DNA of 64,000 bases from Alphaproteobacteria bacterium (GTDB taxonomy: Bacteria > Pseudomonadota > Alphaproteobacteria > UBA828). Numbering within the stretch: position 1 is the stretch's first letter; the number at the start of each line of letters is the position of its first letter. The stretch spans positions 352,001 through 416,000 of the forward strand of contig CAXXMU010000002.1 of the NCBI GenBank assembly GCA_963667785.2, given 5' to 3'. The notes under the pieces are model-generated. The model searched no databases. It saw nothing but the letters and a program-made list of their open reading frames with translations, and had not been told where the DNA came from. The position numbers and the translations under genes were made by a program. This document shows, one piece after another, positions 59,412 to 64,000 of this stretch.

Positions 59412-61475
59412 TCAGGGCGTTATCAGGAGACTGCCCGAGGGCCGGCGCTCGGCCTTGGCCCCGGGGTCGATCACAACGGTGGTGAAGGACGATTCGATGA
59501 TGGCCGGCCCTTCGACGGTCTCCCCCGGCCCCATGCCGTCGAAGTGCACCACCCGCGCCTCGACGAAGCCCGTATCGGGGAAGTAGACCGAGCGGCCGGC
59601 TTCGATCTCCGGACCGCCGCCGGCGCTGTCGACGCTCAGGTTGACGCCGTCGCGCAGGCGGCAGCGCACGTTGGCGCGCCAGCCGACCGTCTCGATGGTC
59701 GATTCGGAGTCGGCAAAGGTGAAGAGCGATTCGTGGGTCTTGTGGAAGTCCTCCACGAAGGCCGCGAGCGCGTTCTCGTCCTCGATCCGCCCGCCGCGCA
59801 GCGGCACCTCGATCTCCCAGATCTGGCTGGGATAGCGCGCCTCGGCGGTGAACTCGATCTCCTGCTCCAGCGAGCCCGCGCCCGGGCCCTCGATGAAGGC
59901 GCGGCACTTCTCCTCCAGCCCTTCCAGAAGCACGTTCACGCCGTTGAAGTCGAAGCCGCCGGTCGAGGTGTAGAGGGTGCCGCTGTACTCGGCCCGGAGC
60001 TCCGAGATCAGCGCGCCGTGGGCGCTGAGCGCGGCCGCGACCTCGGGCAGGATCACCTGCGCGCAGCCGAGCCGGCGCGCGATGGCAACCGCGTTGAGGC
60101 CGGCAGCGCCGCCGCCGCCGACGATCGCGGCCTCGCGCGGGTCGATGCCCTGGTTGACGGTGATGTCCTCGATGGCGTGCACCATGTTCTCGGTCGCGAC
60201 GCTCATGATCGCCGCCGCCGCCTCGTGCAGCGAGAGGCCGAGCCTTTCTGCGACGTGGCTCTCGATCGCCGCGGCCGCGGCGTCGGTTTCCAGCGCCATG
60301 GTGCCGCCGAGGAAGTAGGCCGGGTCGATCCAGCCGAGGACCACCGACGCATCGGTCACCGTCGGCTCGGTGCCGCCGGTGCCGTAGCAGACCGGGCCGG
60401 GCACGGCGCCCGCGCTCTTCGGCCCGACATGAAGCAGACCGCCCTCGTCGACCCAGGCGATGCTGCCGCCGCCGGCGCCGATGCTCTTCACGTCCACCGC
60501 CGGGAAGCCGGTCATGTGCCCGCGGTAGGGTTGGCCGATCCAGGTCTCCCGCGTCCACGGAATGCGGCCTCCGCGCACTAGGCTCACGTCGAAGGTGGTG
60601 CCGCCGGTATCGGCGATGATGGCGGTATCGACGCCGCTGTCGGCCTGGGCGTAGGCGCGGCCGGCGATCGGCGCCATGGCCGGGCCGGAGTTGATCGAGT
60701 GGATCGGCGCGTGCGCCATGTCGGCGGCATCCATGGCGCCGCCCTGGGTGGTCACCACCAGCACGCGGCCGCCGAAGCCCGCCTCGCGCAGGCGCGATTC
60801 CAGACCGCCCAGATAGTCGCCCATGAGCGGCTTGAGCGAGGCGTCGATGCAGGTGGACGACGCGCGGCGGTACTCGCGGAGCGAGGGGTTGAGCACGTGC
60901 GAGAGCGTGTAAGGCACCTCCGGCAGGTGGCGCTCGAGCAACGCGCCAACGCGGAGCTCGTGCTCCGGGTTGACGATCGACCAGAGCAGGCAGACGGCGA
61001 TCGCCTCGATCTCCCGGTCCTTCAGTTCTTCGATGATCGCGACGACGGCCGCCTCGTCGAGCGGCTCGGTCACGGTGCCGTCGTAGGCCACCCGCTCGGG
61101 CACCTCGTAGGTGAGCGAGCGCGGCACGTAGGGCTCCGGGTAGGGCACGGTGAAGTTGAACGGCTCGATGCGCCCGCCCTCGCGAAACACCAGAACGTCC
61201 GGGTGCCCCTTGGTGGTGAGGAAGGCGGTGCGCGCGGTGTTGCCGGTCACGATCGCGTTGATCGCGTGCGTGGTGCCGTGGATCAGCATCTCGCCCCGGC
61301 CGAGCAGGGTATCGCGGCTCTCGCCCAGGTCCGCGGCGGCGCGGGAGAGCGTCTCCAGCACGCCGGCGACCGGGTCCGACGGCGTCGTCGGCGCCTTGTA
61401 CATGCGCAGGCCGCCATCGTCGGACTCGACGACGAGGTCGGTGAAGGTTCCCCCGGTATCGACCGCGAATCGCAT
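59412..61475 (-). CDS. hydantoinase/oxoprolinase A-type subunit
   Basis: DTGGTFTD, HGTT, NSGP, DTGGTTFD, GAGGGS, SAGAVPGP. Confidence 0.92.
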   Translation of the reverse strand: MRFAVDTGGTFTDLVVESDDGGLRMYKAPTTPSDPVAGVLETLSRAAADLGESRDTLLGRGEMLIHGTTHAINAIVTGNTARTAFLTTKGHPDVLVFREGGRIEPFNFTVPYPEPYVPRSLTYEVPERVAYDGTVTEPLDEAAVVAIIEELKDREIEAIAVCLLWSIVNPEHELRVGALLERHLPEVPYTLSHVLNPSLREYRRASSTCIDASLKPLMGDYLGGLESRLREAGFGGRVLVVTTQGGAMDAADMAHAPIHSINSGPAMAPIAGRAYAQADSGVDTAIIADTGGTTFDVSLVRGGRIPWTRETWIGQPYRGHMTGFPAVDVKSIGAGGGSIAWVDEGGLLHVGPKSAGAVPGPVCYGTGGTEPTVTDASVVLGWIDPAYFLGGTMALETDAAAAAIESHVAERLGLSLHEAAAAIMSVATENMVHAIEDITVNQGIDPREAAIVGGGGAAGLNAVAIARRLGCAQVILPEVAAALSAHGALISELRAEYSGTLYTSTGGFDFNGVNVLLEGLEEKCRAFIEGPGAGSLEQEIEFTAEARYPSQIWEIEVPLRGGRIEDENALAAFVEDFHKTHESLFTFADSESTIETVGWRANVRCRLRDGVNLSVDSAGGGPEIEAGRSVYFPDTGFVEARVVHFDGMGPGETVEGPAIIESSFTTVVIDPGAKAERRPSGSLLITP

Positions 61476-61579
61476 GGCACTCCCGCCGTGTCGTCTAGCC
61501 GCTACGGCCGGCGGTTCGGCCGCCGGGCGGGCGCGACCCTAGCCCGGATTTCTCACCGATGTCACGGGTGGCGGACGCC

Positions 61580-64000
61580 TCACGGCTCCGCGTATTCCAG
61601 AAGCAGGTCCTTGGCGTCGACGGATTGCCCGGCCGCGACGTGCAGGGCCGCGACCGTGCCGTCCCGCTCCGCGTGCAGCGCGGTTTCCATCTTCATCGCC
61701 TCGATCGTCATCAGCAGGTCGCCGGCGATGACCGCGCGCCCGCTCGCGACCGCCAGCGAGGCCACGACGCCCGGCATCGGCGCCGACACGTGGCACGGGT
61801 TGGCGGGATCGGCCTTCGGCCGGCGGGCGACGCTCGCCGCCGCCTCGCCGTGCTCGATCTTGAGGGTGCGCGGCTGGCCGTTCAGCTCGTAGAAGACGCG
61901 CACCGCGCCGTCCTCGTCGGTCTCGCCGATCGCGAGGCAGCGGATGACGAGGGTCCGCCCGCGCTCGATCTCCACCGATACCTCGCGCTGCGGCGGCAGG
62001 CCGTAGAAGAACACATCGGTCGGCAGCGCCGAGACCGGGCCGTACTTCTCCTGCTCGGCGGCATAGTCCGCGAACACCTTGGGGTACATGAGCCAGGAGC
62101 AGAGGTCTTCCTCCGAGAGCGACCAGCCGGTGTCCTCCTCCGCACGGGCGCGCTCGGCCGCGAGGTCGGCCGGAGGCAGCACGGCGCCGGGGCGTCCCTC
62201 GATAGGCTTCTCGCCCTTGAGGATCTTGCTGGCGAGCGGCTCGGGGAAGCCGCCCGGCATCTGGCCAAGCTCGCCCCGGAACAGGCCGACGACGGAATCG
62301 GGGAACGCGATCTCCCGCTCGGGGTCCTCGACATCGGCGCGGCTGAGGCCGCCGGAAACCATGACCAACGCCATGTCGCCCACCACCTTGGAGGTCGGCG
62401 TCACCTTCACGATGTCGCCGAACATCCGGTTCACCTCGGCGTAGGCGTGCGCCACCTCGTGCCAGCGTTCTGCGAGGCCCAGCCCGCGCGCCTGCTCGCG
62501 GAGATTGGTGAACTGCCCGCCCGGCATCTCGTGCAGGTAGACCTCGGATGCCGGCGCCCGCATGTCGGTCTCGAACGCGGCGTACTGGGCGCGCACGACC
62601 TCCCAGTAGTCGGAGATTTCCCGCACGCGCTCGGGATCGAGCCCGGTATCGCGCGCAGCACCCCTGAGCGCCTCCACCACCGAGCCGAGGCAGGGCTGGG
62701 AGGTGAAGCCGGAGAGGCTGTCCATGGCGAGGTCCGCCGCGTCGACGCCTGCGTCCGCTGCGGCCAGCACGCTGGCGCCGGCGATCCCCGAGGTGTCGTG
62801 GGTGTGGAAGTGCACCGGAAGCCCGGTCTCCTCCTTCAGCGCGTGCACCAGCTCGCGGGCGGCGGCGGGCTTGACCAGCCCGGCCATGTCCTTGATGCCG
62901 AGGATGTGGGTGCCCGCATCGCGCAGGTCGCGGGCGAGGGCGAGATAGTAGGCGAGGTCGTAGCGGCTGCGGCTCGGATCGTGCAGGTCGCCCGTGTAGC
63001 AGATCGCCGCCTCGCAGAGCCGCCCGGTCTCCAGCACCGAATCGATCGCGACGCGCATGTTCTCGACCGCGTTGAGGGGATCGAAGATGCGGAAGAGATC
63101 GATACCGGACTCAGCCGCCCTTGCCACGAAGCCCTGGACCACGTTGTCGGGGTAGTTGGTGTAGCCGACGGCGTTCGAGGCGCGCAGCAGCATCTGCAGC
63201 AGGATGTTGGGAGCGTGTGCGCGCAGGCGGGCGAGGCGCTCCCACGGGCATTCGTTGAGGAAGCGCAGCGACACGTCGAAGGTCGCCCCGCCCCAGCATT
63301 CGAGCGAGAAGAGCTGCGGCAGGTTGTGCGCGTAGGCCTCCGCCACCCGGCAGATGTCGTAGGTGCGCATCCGGGTCGCGAGCAGCGACTGGTGGGCGTC
63401 CCGCATGGTGGTGTCGGTGAGGAGCAGGCGGGTCTCCGCCAGCACCCATGCCGCGACCGCCTCCGGCCCCTGCGCGTCGAGCAGCGCCTTCGCGCCGGGT
63501 GCGGGCGCCTCGGCATGGAGCGGGGGCGGGACGGGATTTCGCGCGTGCGCCGGCGGCGCGGGGCGGCCCTTCACCTCGGCGTGGCCGTTGACGGTGGTCT
63601 CTGCGATGTAGCGGAGCAGGCGGCTCGCCCGATCGCGCGGGCGGGAGAAGGTGAGAAGCTCCGGGTTGTCGTCGATGAAGCGGGTCGTCACCTGCCCGCG
63701 CCGGAACGACGCGTCGTCGATCAGGCGTTCGAGGAAGGCGATGTTGGTCGCCACCCCGCGAATGCGGAACTCCCGCAGCGCGCGCCCCATGCGGTCGATC
63801 GCGGCCTCCCGCGAGGGCGCCCATGCGGTGACCTTCTCCAGCAGCGAATCGTAGTGGCGGGTGATGACCGCGCCCGTGTAGGCGGTACCGCCGTCGAGGC
63901 GAATGCCGAACCCGGTCGGCACCCGGTAGGCGGTGATGCGTCCGTAGTCGGGGATGAAGCGATCGAGCGGGTCCTCGGTGGTGATGCGGCACTGCACGGC
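61580..64000 (-). CDS. pyc: pyruvate carboxylase, 5' end outside window
   Basis: DTTMRDAHQS, WGGATFDV, HFHTHDT, HEMPGGQ, VTPTSKVVGD, biotin site EAMKME. Confidence 0.96.
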   Translation of the reverse strand, partial: AVQCRITTEDPLDRFIPDYGRITAYRVPTGFGIRLDGGTAYTGAVITRHYDSLLEKVTAWAPSREAAIDRMGRALREFRIRGVATNIAFLERLIDDASFRRGQVTTRFIDDNPELLTFSRPRDRASRLLRYIAETTVNGHAEVKGRPAPPAHARNPVPPPLHAEAPAPGAKALLDAQGPEAVAAWVLAETRLLLTDTTMRDAHQSLLATRMRTYDICRVAEAYAHNLPQLFSLECWGGATFDVSLRFLNECPWERLARLRAHAPNILLQMLLRASNAVGYTNYPDNVVQGFVARAAESGIDLFRIFDPLNAVENMRVAIDSVLETGRLCEAAICYTGDLHDPSRSRYDLAYYLALARDLRDAGTHILGIKDMAGLVKPAAARELVHALKEETGLPVHFHTHDTSGIAGASVLAAADAGVDAADLAMDSLSGFTSQPCLGSVVEALRGAARDTGLDPERVREISDYWEVVRAQYAAFETDMRAPASEVYLHEMPGGQFTNLREQARGLGLAERWHEVAHAYAEVNRMFGDIVKVTPTSKVVGDMALVMVSGGLSRADVEDPEREIAFPDSVVGLFRGELGQMPGGFPEPLASKILKGEKPIEGRPGAVLPPADLAAERARAEEDTGWSLSEEDLCSWLMYPKVFADYAAEQEKYGPVSALPTDVFFYGLPPQREVSVEIERGRTLVIRCLAIGETDEDGAVRVFYELNGQPRTLKIEHGEAAASVARRPKADPANPCHVSAPMPGVVASLAVASGRAVIAGDLLMTIEAMKMETALHAERDGTVAALHVAAGQSVDAKDLLLEYAEP

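Overview
High-GC Alphaproteobacteria-type chromosome segment (Rhodospirillales-like; cenR, FYDLN protein, aroA-cmk-rpsA-sppA-ihfB-lapA-trpFBA-accD-folC-trxA, gpsA/tsaD/hemCD/hemY, pyc, four tRNAs). About 3.8-33.5 kb is a mosaic accessory region with no recognisable integrase. It is bracketed by a 73-bp degenerate direct repeat made of the tRNA-Ala(GGC) 3' end and its terminator. Two systems stand out. (1) A seven-gene sterol biosynthesis locus: an SDR plus Rieske oxygenase (SdmB/SdmA-like C4 demethylation pair), an ERG24-type reductase, CYP51, a single-ORF squalene epoxidase-oxidosqualene cyclase fusion with non-canonical product-determining residues, a sterol C24-methyltransferase and an EBP-like membrane protein. 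(2) A compact RiPP locus: a 90-aa precursor with three tandem 18-aa cassettes (H/Y-PGSGGNFVSAPS), a XyeB-like cyclophane-forming radical SAM/SPASM enzyme and a putative Fe(II)/2OG oxygenase, with no protease or exporter. The island also holds a histidine-decarboxylase-like gene with an ACT protein, a cysG-cysI operon lacking cysH, a ring-hydroxylating dioxygenase and several decayed gene remnants. All calls come from motif reading only; no searches were run.
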